Below, piece after piece: positions 43,636 to 53,424 of a stretch of 64,000 bases of DNA (its first letter is position 1; the number at the start of each line of letters is the position of its first letter). The position numbers and the translations under genes are program-made. The notes beneath the pieces are model-generated. The model saw nothing but the letters and a program-made list of their open reading frames with translations, ran no database searches and was not told the origin of the DNA. Origin of the DNA: an uncultured delta proteobacterium (GTDB taxonomy: Bacteria > Myxococcota_A > Polyangia > Polyangiales > Polyangiaceae); assembly GCA_963782055.1 (NCBI GenBank), contig CAWAIF010000003.1:5824001-5888000 (forward strand), in the 5' to 3' direction.

Positions 43636-44714
43636 GAGCCCTCTCCCTCACCGCGAGAGGTGGGCGTCGGCGTGTTGACCGCCGCCGAGACGCCGGGCGT
43701 GGGTGTCTCGATCTTCTTCGCCGGGGCCATCGGTCGGGGGGGCTTGGGGTCCACCAGCGGCGCGCTCGCCTCCGCCTGGGGGACGGGCGTGAGCAGGACG
43801 GAGCCGGTGCTGCCGGAGGCCGGCACCACGCTCACGCGGATGGACCCGGTGTTGCCGGACGGCGGCGGCGCGATGCTCATCCGCGTCGAGATGGGCTCGC
43901 GCCGGCCCTTCTGGCCCTTCTTCTTGCGGGCCTGGCCGAAGAGGCCCAGCAGCGCCTGGCGGAGCGAGGCGCCGTCCAGGTTGGAGATGATGTTGCCGTT
44001 GAAGCAGAAGCTGATGGACCCGCGCTCCTCCGAGACGACGACGACGACGGCGTCGGTCTCCTCGGTGATGCCGAGGGCGGCGCGGTGGCGGGAGCCGAGC
44101 GACTTGTCGAGCACCTTCTGGTCGGGCATCGGGAAGAAGACGCCGGCCTTGGCGATGCGCAGGTTGCGGATGACGACCGCGCCGTCGTGGAGCTTGTTGA
44201 CGCCCTCCGGGACGAAGAGGCTCACCAGCAGCTCGCGCTGGACGCTGGCGTCGATCGTCGTCCCCTGCCCGACGACGAACTCGTCCAGGTTGGCGTCCTG
44301 CTCGAAGCAGATGAGCGCGCCCATGCGGTGGCGCGCGAGCTCCGTGGCCGCGGCGACGACCTCGTCCACGACGCGCGACTCCTGCTGCCGCGAGAAGCCG
44401 CCCAGGACGGCGCGCGAGCCGACGCGCATGAGGCCGCGCCGTATGTCGTTCTGGAAGACGACCACCACGATGAGGATGATCGACGACAGCAGCGTGGAGA
44501 GCAGGTTGTAGAGGGTGATGAAGCCGAAGTACTTGGAGGCGACGTAGACCAGGAAGATGACGCCCAGGCCGGCGCCCATCTGCATCGCCCGGGTGCCGCG
44601 CAGCACGAGCAGCGCGCGGTAGACGATGTACGTGACGACCATGAGGTCGACGATGTCGATCCCCACCTGCCCCCACGGGCGCGGCTTGAAGAGGTGGAGG
44701 AGGCCCTCAAGCAC
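43632..44714 (-). CDS. cdaA: Diadenylate cyclase
   Basis: Three N-terminal TMs; FQNDIRR, LHDGAV, GSRHRAALG, VSEERG. Confidence 0.95.
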   Translation of the reverse strand: MLEGLLHLFKPRPWGQVGIDIVDLMVVTYIVYRALLVLRGTRAMQMGAGLGVIFLVYVASKYFGFITLYNLLSTLLSSIILIVVVVFQNDIRRGLMRVGSRAVLGGFSRQQESRVVDEVVAAATELARHRMGALICFEQDANLDEFVVGQGTTIDASVQRELLVSLFVPEGVNKLHDGAVVIRNLRIAKAGVFFPMPDQKVLDKSLGSRHRAALGITEETDAVVVVVSEERGSISFCFNGNIISNLDGASLRQALLGLFGQARKKKGQKGRREPISTRMSIAPPPSGNTGSIRVSVVPASGSTGSVLLTPVPQAEASAPLVDPKPPRPMAPAKKIETPTPGVSAAVNTPTPTSRGEGEGS

Positions 44715-45522
44715 GAGGCGCCTCCAGGTCCCGGAGGACGTCGAGGGCCTGGCGGGTGGCGCGCACGTCGTGGACGCGAAGCAGCTTCGCCCCCTGCCTG
44801 GCCGCGAAGAGGGCGGCGGCGAGGGAGGCGCCCAGGCGGTCCCGCGGTGCGGCGCCGGCGTCCCACCTCTCGAGGAAGGACTTGCGGCTGGCCCCGATCA
44901 TCACCGGGGCGCCGGCGGCCTTCACCACCTCCGCGGTGCGGCGCAGCAGGTCCGCCGAGTGGCGGGCGTTCTTGGCGAAGCCCAGGCCGGGGTCCATCAC
45001 CACGTGGCGCACCCCGCGGGCCCTCGCAGCGTCGGCGCGGTCCCGCCACTCCGAGACGACGTCGTGGACCACGTCGCCGTAGGCGTCGTCCGGCCACTCG
45101 GAGAAGCCCTTCATGGCCTGCTGGGTGGCGCGCGCGTGCATGAGGACCAGCGCCGCGCCGTGGCGGGCGGTCACGTTGGCGAGGGCGGGATCGCGAAGGC
45201 AGGTCACGTCGTTGACGACCGACGCCCCGGCCTCCAGGCAGGTCTCGGCCACCTCGGGGCTGGTGGTGTCGACGGCGACGCAGGCGCGGCGGGCGGCGTG
45301 GCGGACGACCTCCAGCACGCGGGAGAGCTGCTCGGCGGGGGGAACCGGGGTCGCGCCCGGGCGCGTCGACTCGCCGCCCACCTCCACCACATCGGCCCCC
45401 TCATCGACCAGACGATCCACGTGCTGGCAGGCGTCGCGCAGGGAGAGGTGCTCGCCGCCGTCGCTGAAGGAGTCGGGGGTCACGTTACACACGCCCACCA
45501 GGACAACGCCTCGCTTTGCCAC
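44707..45522 (-). CDS. folP: Dihydropteroate synthase
   Basis: NVTPDSFSDGG, GGESTRPG, DPGLGF.K, SRKSF, RVHDV; start uncertain (45522 or 45543). Confidence 0.95.
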   Translation of the reverse strand: MAKRGVVLVGVCNVTPDSFSDGGEHLSLRDACQHVDRLVDEGADVVEVGGESTRPGATPVPPAEQLSRVLEVVRHAARRACVAVDTTSPEVAETCLEAGASVVNDVTCLRDPALANVTARHGAALVLMHARATQQAMKGFSEWPDDAYGDVVHDVVSEWRDRADAARARGVRHVVMDPGLGFAKNARHSADLLRRTAEVVKAAGAPVMIGASRKSFLERWDAGAAPRDRLGASLAAALFAARQGAKLLRVHDVRATRQALDVLRDLEAPRA

Positions 45523-45636
45523 GGCGTTCCCAAGAACGTTCAAGAAAGCACCCACCCGGTCCACGACGCACCTCGATCGACGGCCCCGGCCGCGCAGAAC
45601 CGCCCCGATATGGGCCCGGATCGCGGCTGGAGTCCG

Positions 45637-45680
45637 TTCGGCTTCGGCTTCGGCGTCGCTCTCGGCTTCGGCTCGGCTTC
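45637..45680. repeat. Degenerate hexamer tandem repeat (TTCGGC)n in a divergent intergenic region
   Basis: ttcggc ttcggc ttcggc gtcgct ctcggc ttcggc tcggc ttc. Confidence 0.7.
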
Positions 45681-45737
45681 CGCCCTTCCCGAAAGGCCTA
45701 GCAATAGGAGCGCGTGTGGGCAACATTTCCAGCCGCG

Positions 45738-47468
45738 ATGAGCGAAGAATCCTTCATGAAATCTCTGTTCCACGGGGTCATCGCGGAGGGACTGGTCTTC
45801 CCGTACCCCCAGATGCCCGCGGCGGAGGCCGACAGCCTCAATCTCATGCTGGGGTCCATCCGGAAGTTCTTCGCCGCCAACGTCGACTCCAGGGCGATCG
45901 ACAGGGACGCCGCGATCCCGCCCGCCGTGCTGGAGGGCCTGAAGAAGATGGGCCTGTTCGGCCTGCTGGTCCCCGAGTCGCAGGGAGGGGTGGGCCTGTC
46001 CAACACCGCCTACGCCCGCGTCATCCAGGAGGTCGGGGGCCTGGACGGCTCCCTCGCCGTCACCCTCGGGGCCCACCAGTCCATCGGCTACAAGGGCCTG
46101 CTGCTCTTCGGGACCGACGAGCAGAAGCAGAAGTACCTCCCGAGGCTCGCCACCGGGGAGATGGTGGCCGGCTTCGCCCTGACCGAGCCGGGGGCCGGGA
46201 GCGACGCGGCCTCCATCCAGACACGCGCCGAGCGCCGGGCGGACGGCGACTATGTCCTCAACGGGTCCAAGATTCGGATCACCAACGGCGCCATCGCCGA
46301 CCTCTTCACCGTCTTCGCGCGCACGTCCGCCATGGAAGAGGGCGCCAAGCCGCGGATCACCGCCTTCCTGGTGGAGCGCGCCTTCGGCGTGAAGAACGGG
46401 CCCAGCGAGCACAAGCTGGGCATCCGCGGCAGCTCCACCACCGAGCTCTTCTTCGAGGACGTGGTCGTCCCCAAGGAGAACGTCCTGGGCGAGCCCGGCC
46501 GCGGCTTCAAGGTGGCGATGGAGGTCCTCAACAGCGGGCGCCTGGGCCTCGCCAGCGGGTGCGTGGGCGCGGCCAAGCACCTCATCGCCCTGGCGACCGA
46601 GCGCGTGCAGGAGCGCAAGGCCTTCCACCGGCCCATCGGGGAGTTCGGCCTCATCAAGGACAAGATCGCCCGCATGCTCGCCGAGACGTACGCGCTGGAG
46701 AGCATGACGTACATGACGACCGCCATCATCGACCGCGCGCGCGGCGGCAACCCGAAGGCGGACTACTCGGTGGAGAGCGCCATCTGCAAGGTCTTCGGCT
46801 CGGAGACGCTCTGGCGCGTCGTCAACGAGGCGCTGCAGATCGCCGCGGGCATCGGCTACATGCAGGAGTACCCGTACGAGCGGCACCTGCGCGACGCGCG
46901 CATCAACCTCATCTTCGAGGGGACCAACGAGATCCTTCGCTGCTTCATCGCGCTCTCCGGCATGCAGGGGCCGGGGCAGGCGCTGGCGGAGGTGGCGCGC
47001 GCCCTGCGCGAGCCGATCAAGGGCTTCGGCCTGCTCAGCGACTTCGCCCTGCGCAAGGCGCGCACCGCGCTGGGGCGCGAGCGGCTCACCCACGTCCACC
47101 CGCTCCTCAACCGCGAGGCGCTGGTGTTCGAGGAGTACACCGCTGACCTGGCGCGCAACGTCGAGAAGGTGCTGCGCAAGCACGGCAAGAACATCGCCGA
47201 GATGCAGTTCACCCAGCGGCGCGTGGCGGACGTGGCGATGGACCTCTACGGCATCGCCTGCACGCTCTCGCGAACGACGCACGCGCTGGAGAAGCGCGGG
47301 GAGGAGGGGGCGCGGCGGGAGGTGGACCTGACGACCATCTTCGTCGCGGCGGCGGAGCGACGTCTCTCCGAGACCATCGCCGCCTTCGAGAAGAACGACG
47401 ACGAGCTGCGCAAGGCCATCGCCGAGCGCACGTACGTCGACGGGGGCTACCCCTTCGACATCGTCTGA
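45738..47468 (+). CDS. Acyl-CoA dehydrogenase (VLCAD-like)
   Basis: AHQSIG, FALTEPGAGSD, KLGIRGS.T, RDARINLIFEGTNEI. Confidence 0.95.
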   Translation: MSEESFMKSLFHGVIAEGLVFPYPQMPAAEADSLNLMLGSIRKFFAANVDSRAIDRDAAIPPAVLEGLKKMGLFGLLVPESQGGVGLSNTAYARVIQEVGGLDGSLAVTLGAHQSIGYKGLLLFGTDEQKQKYLPRLATGEMVAGFALTEPGAGSDAASIQTRAERRADGDYVLNGSKIRITNGAIADLFTVFARTSAMEEGAKPRITAFLVERAFGVKNGPSEHKLGIRGSSTTELFFEDVVVPKENVLGEPGRGFKVAMEVLNSGRLGLASGCVGAAKHLIALATERVQERKAFHRPIGEFGLIKDKIARMLAETYALESMTYMTTAIIDRARGGNPKADYSVESAICKVFGSETLWRVVNEALQIAAGIGYMQEYPYERHLRDARINLIFEGTNEILRCFIALSGMQGPGQALAEVARALREPIKGFGLLSDFALRKARTALGRERLTHVHPLLNREALVFEEYTADLARNVEKVLRKHGKNIAEMQFTQRRVADVAMDLYGIACTLSRTTHALEKRGEEGARREVDLTTIFVAAAERRLSETIAAFEKNDDELRKAIAERTYVDGGYPFDIV

Positions 47469-47469
47469 G

Positions 47470-47499
47470 CCTCACCCCCGCGTCGGCCGGGGGGTGAGG
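47470..47499. terminator. 10-bp GC hairpin between convergent genes
   Basis: cctcaccccc-N10-gggggtgagg filling the intergenic gap. Confidence 0.6.
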
Positions 47500-48126
47500 T
47501 CACTGGCTGCAGAACACGGGGGCGACGGCGAGGAACTTGGAGTGGAAGTCGCTTCCGGAGAGGCAGGCGGCAGGCGCCCCGGTGCACGCGTTCGAGAAGT
47601 CCGACTGGTAGCCCGCGCAACCGGCCTTCGAGGCGGTCGTGGTGCAGTCCGAGTAGCCGTTGTCGGTGCACCAATCGCACGCGGCCACGTAGCACTCGCG
47701 CGCGGCGTTCAGGGCGTAGGCGCAGCTCCCCGGGTCGGCGGTGCCCTCGATCAGGTCGGCGCACCCGACGTCGTTGACCGTGATTAGTGTGCCGTCGTCG
47801 ACGAGCGCTCCCCAGGACGGATCGCTCTGCCGCGTGTACAGGCAGCCGAAGCACGTCGCGTTGGCGCTGGCCCACGTGGAGCAGGCGCCGCCCGGCGCGT
47901 TGGGGTCCAGGCAATTGTCGTAGAAGTTGGAGATCTGCGTCGCGGTGCAGACGTTCTGCGAGTCGTTCGGGGGCGTGATGCCGGGCGGCGAGAACGTGGA
48001 CACGTCGGCTGGCGTGGGGCACGTCACCGGATCGCCCAGGCCGAGCGCCGCGTCGCATCCGACGCCGGAGACGGCGGCGACGCCGAGCGCCACCGCGACC
48101 GCACACGTCACGTGACGGCGCTTCAT
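47500..48126 (-). CDS. Cys-rich lipoprotein
   Basis: ATG 48126 overlaps upstream TGA; GVGC lipobox; more than a dozen Cys. Confidence 0.8.
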   Translation of the reverse strand: MKRRHVTCAVAVALGVAAVSGVGCDAALGLGDPVTCPTPADVSTFSPPGITPPNDSQNVCTATQISNFYDNCLDPNAPGGACSTWASANATCFGCLYTRQSDPSWGALVDDGTLITVNDVGCADLIEGTADPGSCAYALNAARECYVAACDWCTDNGYSDCTTTASKAGCAGYQSDFSNACTGAPAACLSGSDFHSKFLAVAPVFCSQ

Positions 48127-49145
48127 CACCACACCCCCTTCACGAAGGCGCCGGTCGGCGTGAAGCCCACCTTCGCCGAGGCCGACGACGAGGAGCTCGG
48201 CGCGACGAGCCAGAGCGTCAGACCGGCCGCGGCGACGACGCCGCCGGCGATGAAGAGCCCGTTGGCCACGTGGGCGAAGTTCAACGCGTCGCTGAGCGAG
48301 GCGGCGCTGCTGGCGTCGGGGCAGAAGTGGTCGGGATCGCACGAGGCGTCGCCGTTCTTCACGGTCGCGAGGATGCCGAAGACGCCGCCGGCCGCCAGCG
48401 CGGCGGCGCCGACGCTGAGGGTGACGATGCCCACGGTGCCGAGCGCGCTCCCGTGGGCCTTCGGCGGCGGAGGGGTCTTGGGCGTGAGCGGAGCGTGGGT
48501 GCCCTTGCCGGCGCCGGTCTCCCCGGGCGGGGTGGTCTCGCCGCCGGGCGGCGGTGTCGTCTCGGCGACGGGCTCGCCGGGCTCCACCTCCAGGTCCGAC
48601 TGCTGGCCCTCGGCGAGGGTCACGTCGTAGTGCTTGCTGGCGTGCCCCTTCGCCTGGACCTCCACCACGTGCGCGCCGGGGTCGCCCGGGAGCGGCACGC
48701 CCAGCGAGGCGGCGCCGAGCTTCACGCCGTCGCGCACGACCACTGTGTCGGCCGGCGCGCCCGCCGCCAGCCGGATGGTGAGCCTGGGCAGGCGCTTCTC
48801 CAGCGCAGCCAGCCGGCGGGCCGCCTCCGCGTGCAGGGCGTCGTCGCGCTGCTCGGCGGCGCGGTCGCGCGCGCGCACCCAGTGACCGTCGGCGTCGCTC
48901 AGCTTGCCCAGATGCTCCTCGCAGTCGGCCAGGTTCATCAGCGCCTTGGGCTGCGGGTCCAGCCGCACGGCCTCCAGCAAATGCGGAAACGCCTCGTCGT
49001 AATGCCCGGCCTGTTTCAGCTCGTAACCCTGTTTGAGCTGGGCGCGCCCGGCCGCGGGATCGGTCTGGGCGAGCGCCGGCGCGGCGGTGCAGATCAACAG
49101 GAGGGCGACGAGGCCGGCGGCGCGGGTGGCGTGCTCAGGGCGCAT
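48126..49145 (-). CDS. Exported TPR plus PEGA-like protein with hydrophobic hairpin and C-terminal aromatic residue
   Basis: Signal peptide; TPR-like ALMNLADCEEHLG; DPG.H.V.V.A.G; ends GAFVKGVW. Confidence 0.75.
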   Translation of the reverse strand: MRPEHATRAAGLVALLLICTAAPALAQTDPAAGRAQLKQGYELKQAGHYDEAFPHLLEAVRLDPQPKALMNLADCEEHLGKLSDADGHWVRARDRAAEQRDDALHAEAARRLAALEKRLPRLTIRLAAGAPADTVVVRDGVKLGAASLGVPLPGDPGAHVVEVQAKGHASKHYDVTLAEGQQSDLEVEPGEPVAETTPPPGGETTPPGETGAGKGTHAPLTPKTPPPPKAHGSALGTVGIVTLSVGAAALAAGGVFGILATVKNGDASCDPDHFCPDASSAASLSDALNFAHVANGLFIAGGVVAAAGLTLWLVAPSSSSSASAKVGFTPTGAFVKGVW

Positions 49146-50724
49146 AGAGATCCGGGTTCGGCTTGTGGGTTGCGGTGGGCTTGGGGGTCGCCGTCGCGGT
49201 GGGGTGCGGCTTCGCGGTGGCGGTCGCCGTCGCGGTGGGGTGCGGCTTCGCGGTGGCGGTCGCCGGCGCGGTGGGATGCGCGGTGACCGCGGGCTTCGGC
49301 GGGTGCGAGGGGGGCGTGGTGGTGTCCACCGGCGGCGCGGAGGCGAGCGGCTGGAGGGGCTGACTGTCTCCCTCGTGGGTCGTCGCGGTCGCCGTCGTCA
49401 CGGCGGAGGGCGCGGGCCCGGCGGCGGCGGAAGCGCCACGCGCGTGGAGCGCGAGCGCAGCGATGCCGCCGCCGACCACCACCGCCAGGAAGAAGCCCAC
49501 CGCGGCGACCACCCACGCCGTGCGCGACGAGGAGGGGACGCCGGCCGGGTACATCGCGCTGGCGCCATAGGTGGCGCCGGAGGTCGTGGAGGGACCGTAC
49601 GGGCCGGGGGCAGCCATGGGCTCGTTGGTCACGGTGACGTTCCCGCTGCCGGTCTGCACGACGGGGATCGCCTGCTGCGGGCCGGTGCCACCGCCGGGCA
49701 GAGCGATCGTGGGCCCGGTGCCGCTCGCCTCCGGCACCCAGACCGACTCCGCGCGCGGAGAGAGCGCGCTCTGCGCGCCGGACTGGACCGCCAGCGGCAG
49801 CGCCGGATCGGAGCCGACCAGGCGTGGCTCGGAGCCGCTCGCGTAGGGCGCGCCGGGGTGGAGGGCGGCGCGCGCCTGCTCCAGCGCGTGCTGCATCGCC
49901 CGCGCGCTGGGCCAGCGGTCGGCGGCGTTGAAGGACAGCGCCTTGTCGATCACCGCGACGATGGGCGGTGGGGCGTCGGGCTTGACCTCCGCGAGCGACC
50001 GCGGCGCGCGCGTCGCCGTGTAGATGAGCATCTCCTCGCCGGTGCGGGCGTCGTGGACGTGCTGGCCCGAGGCGAGGGTGAAGAGGGTGGCGCCCACCGA
50101 CCAGACGTCGGTGCGGGCATCGATCTCGTTGGTGCGCCCGAGCGCCTGCTCCGGCGGCATGAAGGCGGGCGTGCCGATCATGCGGCCGAGCTGCGTGACG
50201 GTGACGCCGGGGGTCTCCAGCAGCCGCGCGATGCCGAAGTCGAGCACCTTGAGCGTGCCCTGACGCGTGATGAGCAGGTTGTCCGGCTTGATGTCGCGGT
50301 GGACGATCCCCTTGTCGTGCGCGGCGCCGAGCGTGTCGAGGACGTCCAGGCCGACCTGCACCACCTCGTGCAGCGGCAGGCTGCCGCCCAAGCGCTCCGC
50401 CCGCGCCTCCACCGTCTCGCCCTCCAGCAGCTCCATCACCAGGAAGACCGAGCCGTCGTCGGTCAGGTCGTCGTCGAGCACCCGCACCGCGCCGGGGTGC
50501 TCCACGCGGTTGGCCACGTAGCCCTCGCGCAGGAACCGGGCGCGGACCTCGGCGTCGAGGGCGAGCGACTCGTGCATGATCTTGACCGCCACGCGGTGGC
50601 CGTTGCGGTGGGTCGCGACGTAGACCGCCGCCATGCCGCCGACGCCGAGCAGCGCATCCAGCCGGTACTTGCCGCGGACGACGCTCCCGATCCGGCTGTT
50701 GGCGCGCGCGGTGACCGCATCCAC
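49135..50724 (-). CDS. Membrane Ser/Thr protein kinase with Pro/Thr-rich extracytoplasmic tail
   Basis: GTG 50724 after GAAGGGGA; GVGGMA.VY, HRDIKPDN, DFG, GTPAFMPPE; TM. Confidence 0.92.
   Translation of the reverse strand: MDAVTARANSRIGSVVRGKYRLDALLGVGGMAAVYVATHRNGHRVAVKIMHESLALDAEVRARFLREGYVANRVEHPGAVRVLDDDLTDDGSVFLVMELLEGETVEARAERLGGSLPLHEVVQVGLDVLDTLGAAHDKGIVHRDIKPDNLLITRQGTLKVLDFGIARLLETPGVTVTQLGRMIGTPAFMPPEQALGRTNEIDARTDVWSVGATLFTLASGQHVHDARTGEEMLIYTATRAPRSLAEVKPDAPPPIVAVIDKALSFNAADRWPSARAMQHALEQARAALHPGAPYASGSEPRLVGSDPALPLAVQSGAQSALSPRAESVWVPEASGTGPTIALPGGGTGPQQAIPVVQTGSGNVTVTNEPMAAPGPYGPSTTSGATYGASAMYPAGVPSSSRTAWVVAAVGFFLAVVVGGGIAALALHARGASAAAGPAPSAVTTATATTHEGDSQPLQPLASAPPVDTTTPPSHPPKPAVTAHPTAPATATAKPHPTATATATAKPHPTATATPKPTATHKPNPDLYAP
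49187..49275. repeat. 36-bp coding tandem repeat (TATAKPHPTATA)
   Basis: gtcgccgtcgcggtggggtgcggcttcgcggtggcg repeated about 2.5 times. Confidence 0.75.
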
Positions 50725-50844
50725 CTCTACTGTCCCCTTCCAAGCTCCGCGAAGCCGGGGCTCGCGATCCCGCCATTGGTAGCACACACGCGCCCGCGCC
50801 GGGGCTTTTCGCGACCTTCCCTCCACCCGCGGGCGGGCGCCGCG

Positions 50845-52674
50845 CTAGGCACGGGGCGCTGCCGGGACGGTGAAGTGGAAGGTGCTCCCCTCCCCCACCA
50901 CGCTGTCCACGCTGAGGGTGCCGCCGAGCGCCTCCACCAGGTGCTTGACGATGGAGAGGCCGAGCCCGGTGCCGCCGAGCTCGCGGGAGCGCCCGGTGTC
51001 CACGCGGTAGAATCGCTCGAAGAGACGCGGCAAGTGCTTGGCCTCGATGCCCGGTCCGGTGTCCGCCACCGAGATACGCAGGTGGTGCCCGCCTTCTTCC
51101 CGCGCGCGGACCGTGACCGACGCGCCCGGCGGCGAGTACTTGAGGGCGTTGTCGACCAGGTTGGTCAGGATCTGCTCGAGCGCGCGGCGGTCGGCGCGCG
51201 CGGGGGGCAGGTCGGCTCGCACGTCCGCGGTGAGGCGGATCTTCTTCTTCGCGGCGCGCTCGCGGAACAGCTCCACCACCTGCGCGGCGAAGGCCGGCAC
51301 GTCCACCTCGCCCATGGTGAGGCGCAGCTCCCGCGCCTCGATGCGGGACAGGTCGAGCAGGTCCTCCACCAGCCGCTGGAGTCGCTCCGCGTTGCGCTCG
51401 ATGATGTCCAGGAAGTGCGTGGCCGCCTCCGGGTCCTGCTCCATCGCGAAGCGAAGCGTCTCGGCGGCGGAGCGAACCGCGGTCACCGGCGTCCGCAGCT
51501 CGTGGGACGCGTTCGCGACGAAGTCCTTGCGCATGGACTCCAGACGGCGGATGTCGGTGACGTCGACGAAGACGGCGAGCAGGCCGCCGGGCTCGCCGGC
51601 CAGCGGGACGGCCCGCACCAGCAAGCGGCGCGGGTTCGGCCCGGTGACCTCGATCTCGGCGCTGCGCGTGGACATGGCCGCGACGGCGGTGTCGATGAGC
51701 CGCGCGAGGTCCTCGTTGTCGACGGCGTCCATCGGCGTCTTGCCGGCCGCCTCCGCCGGTAGCACCAGCATGCGGCGCAACGCGTCGTTGACCAGCGCGA
51801 TGCGCCCCTGCGCGTCGAGCAGCAGCACGCCCTCCTGCATGCCGGCGAGCACGCGCGCGACGAAGTCCCGCTCCTGCCGGAGCTGCCGCACCGTGCCGGA
51901 GAGGCTCTCCGAGAGCTCGTCCAGCGAGCTCCCCAGCTCGGCGAGCTCGTCGGTGCCGCCGATGCGCGCGCGCGCGTCGAAGTCGCCGTGCGCCATGGCG
52001 TTGGCGACGCCGGTGAGGTGGCGCATCGCGCGGGCCGTCAGCTGCGCGCTCACCAGCGACATCGCGAGGGCGACCGCCAGCGCCGCCAGGCAGCCGAGGA
52101 GCAGCGCGCCGCGCAGCCGCGCCTGGGCGCGCGCCGCCTCGGCGAGGGGCGCCGCGAGCCGCGTCACGCCGACGACGCGTCCCGCCTTCGTCACCGGGAC
52201 GGCGACGTAGAGCACGCGCGACGGCCCCTCCTGCCGCACGTCGACGCCGGTGTCACCCGCCAGCGCCGCCCGCACCTCCGGGCGACCGGCGAGGCGCTCG
52301 CCGAGCGCGGCGGCCGCGGGGCGCGGCGAGTCCCCGCGCACGACGCCGCCTGCGTCGGTGAGCGTCACCCGCGCGCCCGCCTGCTCGTGCAGATCCGCGG
52401 CCAGCCTCTCCCACGCGGCGGCGTCGGCGGGCGCGGCGAGCCTGACCTGGTCCGCGGCGAGGCCCGCGCGCACCACCAGATCGCGCCGGGCGCGCCCGGT
52501 GAGCAGCGCGTCCAGCGCGGAGGAGAGGTACGCGTGTGCGACGACGGCGGCCACCGCGATGACGCACACCGAGACGAGGAAGAGCCTGGTCCGGACGCCG
52601 AGCCGCGCCAGCGCGCCGCGCGCACCCCGGCGCGGCGCCGCGGGCTCCGCGCGGGCCTCGGCCGCGGCCGCCAC
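50845..52674 (-). CDS. phoR: PhoR-like sensor histidine kinase (HAMP, PAS)
   Basis: RKDFVANASHELRTP, NLVDNALKY, RLFERFYRVD.GRSR..GGTGLGL. Confidence 0.8.
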   Translation of the reverse strand: MAAAAEARAEPAAPRRGARGALARLGVRTRLFLVSVCVIAVAAVVAHAYLSSALDALLTGRARRDLVVRAGLAADQVRLAAPADAAAWERLAADLHEQAGARVTLTDAGGVVRGDSPRPAAAALGERLAGRPEVRAALAGDTGVDVRQEGPSRVLYVAVPVTKAGRVVGVTRLAAPLAEAARAQARLRGALLLGCLAALAVALAMSLVSAQLTARAMRHLTGVANAMAHGDFDARARIGGTDELAELGSSLDELSESLSGTVRQLRQERDFVARVLAGMQEGVLLLDAQGRIALVNDALRRMLVLPAEAAGKTPMDAVDNEDLARLIDTAVAAMSTRSAEIEVTGPNPRRLLVRAVPLAGEPGGLLAVFVDVTDIRRLESMRKDFVANASHELRTPVTAVRSAAETLRFAMEQDPEAATHFLDIIERNAERLQRLVEDLLDLSRIEARELRLTMGEVDVPAFAAQVVELFRERAAKKKIRLTADVRADLPPARADRRALEQILTNLVDNALKYSPPGASVTVRAREEGGHHLRISVADTGPGIEAKHLPRLFERFYRVDTGRSRELGGTGLGLSIVKHLVEALGGTLSVDSVVGEGSTFHFTVPAAPRA

Positions 52675-52677
52675 GAC

Positions 52678-53367
52678 TCAGGCCGTGGCCGGCGCGGTGG
52701 TGAAGCGGTAGCCCACGCCGCGCACCGTCTCGATGAAGTCGCACGCAGGGCCGAGCTTCTCGCGCAGGCGCTTGACGTGCGTGTCCACGGTGCGCGTCGC
52801 GATGTCCGGCGAGACGCCCCACACGTCGTCGAGCAGCGTCGCGCGCGACTGCACGCGATCGCGGCGCTCGTAGAAGGTGAGCAGCAGCTTGAACTCCAGG
52901 GCGGTGAGCTCCACCTCGTTGCCCGAGACCCACACGCGGTGCGCGGTCTTGTCGATGCGCAGGTCCCCGAGCTCCACCACCTCCGGCGGGGGCACGTTGC
53001 CCGTCGCGCGGCGCAGGATCGCCTGCACGCGCAGCAAGAGCTCACGCACGCTGAACGGCTTGACCACGTAGTCGTCGGCGCCGACCTCGAACCCCACCAC
53101 GCGGTCCACCTCCTCGGCGCGGGCGGTGAGCATCAGCACCGGCACGTTGGCGTGCTGGCTGGAGCGCTTGATGGCCTTGCACACCTCCACGCCGGACATG
53201 TCGGGGAGCATGACGTCCAGGATGACCAGCCCGGGCTTCTGGGCGAGCAGACGCAGCGCTTCCTCCCCGCGCTCGGCCGCCAGCACCTGGTGGCCGGCCT
53301 GCCGCAGGTTGAAGGCCAGCACGTCGCGGATGTCCTTCTCGTCCTCCACGATGAGCACTCGAGTCAT
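52678..53367 (-). CDS. phoB: PhoB-like OmpR-family response regulator
   Basis: VEDE, LDVMLP, GADDYVVKPFS, RTVDTHVKRLREKL, ETVRGVGY; AAGGAG RBS. Confidence 0.8.
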   Translation of the reverse strand: MTRVLIVEDEKDIRDVLAFNLRQAGHQVLAAERGEEALRLLAQKPGLVILDVMLPDMSGVEVCKAIKRSSQHANVPVLMLTARAEEVDRVVGFEVGADDYVVKPFSVRELLLRVQAILRRATGNVPPPEVVELGDLRIDKTAHRVWVSGNEVELTALEFKLLLTFYERRDRVQSRATLLDDVWGVSPDIATRTVDTHVKRLREKLGPACDFIETVRGVGYRFTTAPATA

Positions 53368-53392
53368 GGCCGCTTCTCCTTAGCTACGTCGT

Positions 53393-53410
53393 GTGACAGG
53401 CACGTGAAGA
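53393..53410 (-). promoter_or_regulatory. Pho box-like autoregulatory site
   Basis: Minus strand TCTTCAC GTGC CTGTCAC, 11-bp period, directly upstream of the phoB-like gene. Confidence 0.6.
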
Positions 53411-53424
53411 AGGAGGGCGCATCT

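Noticed and set aside
45637..49275. Repeats as CRISPR-like arrays
   Set aside because: Simple tandem or coding repeats without unique spacers; no cas genes
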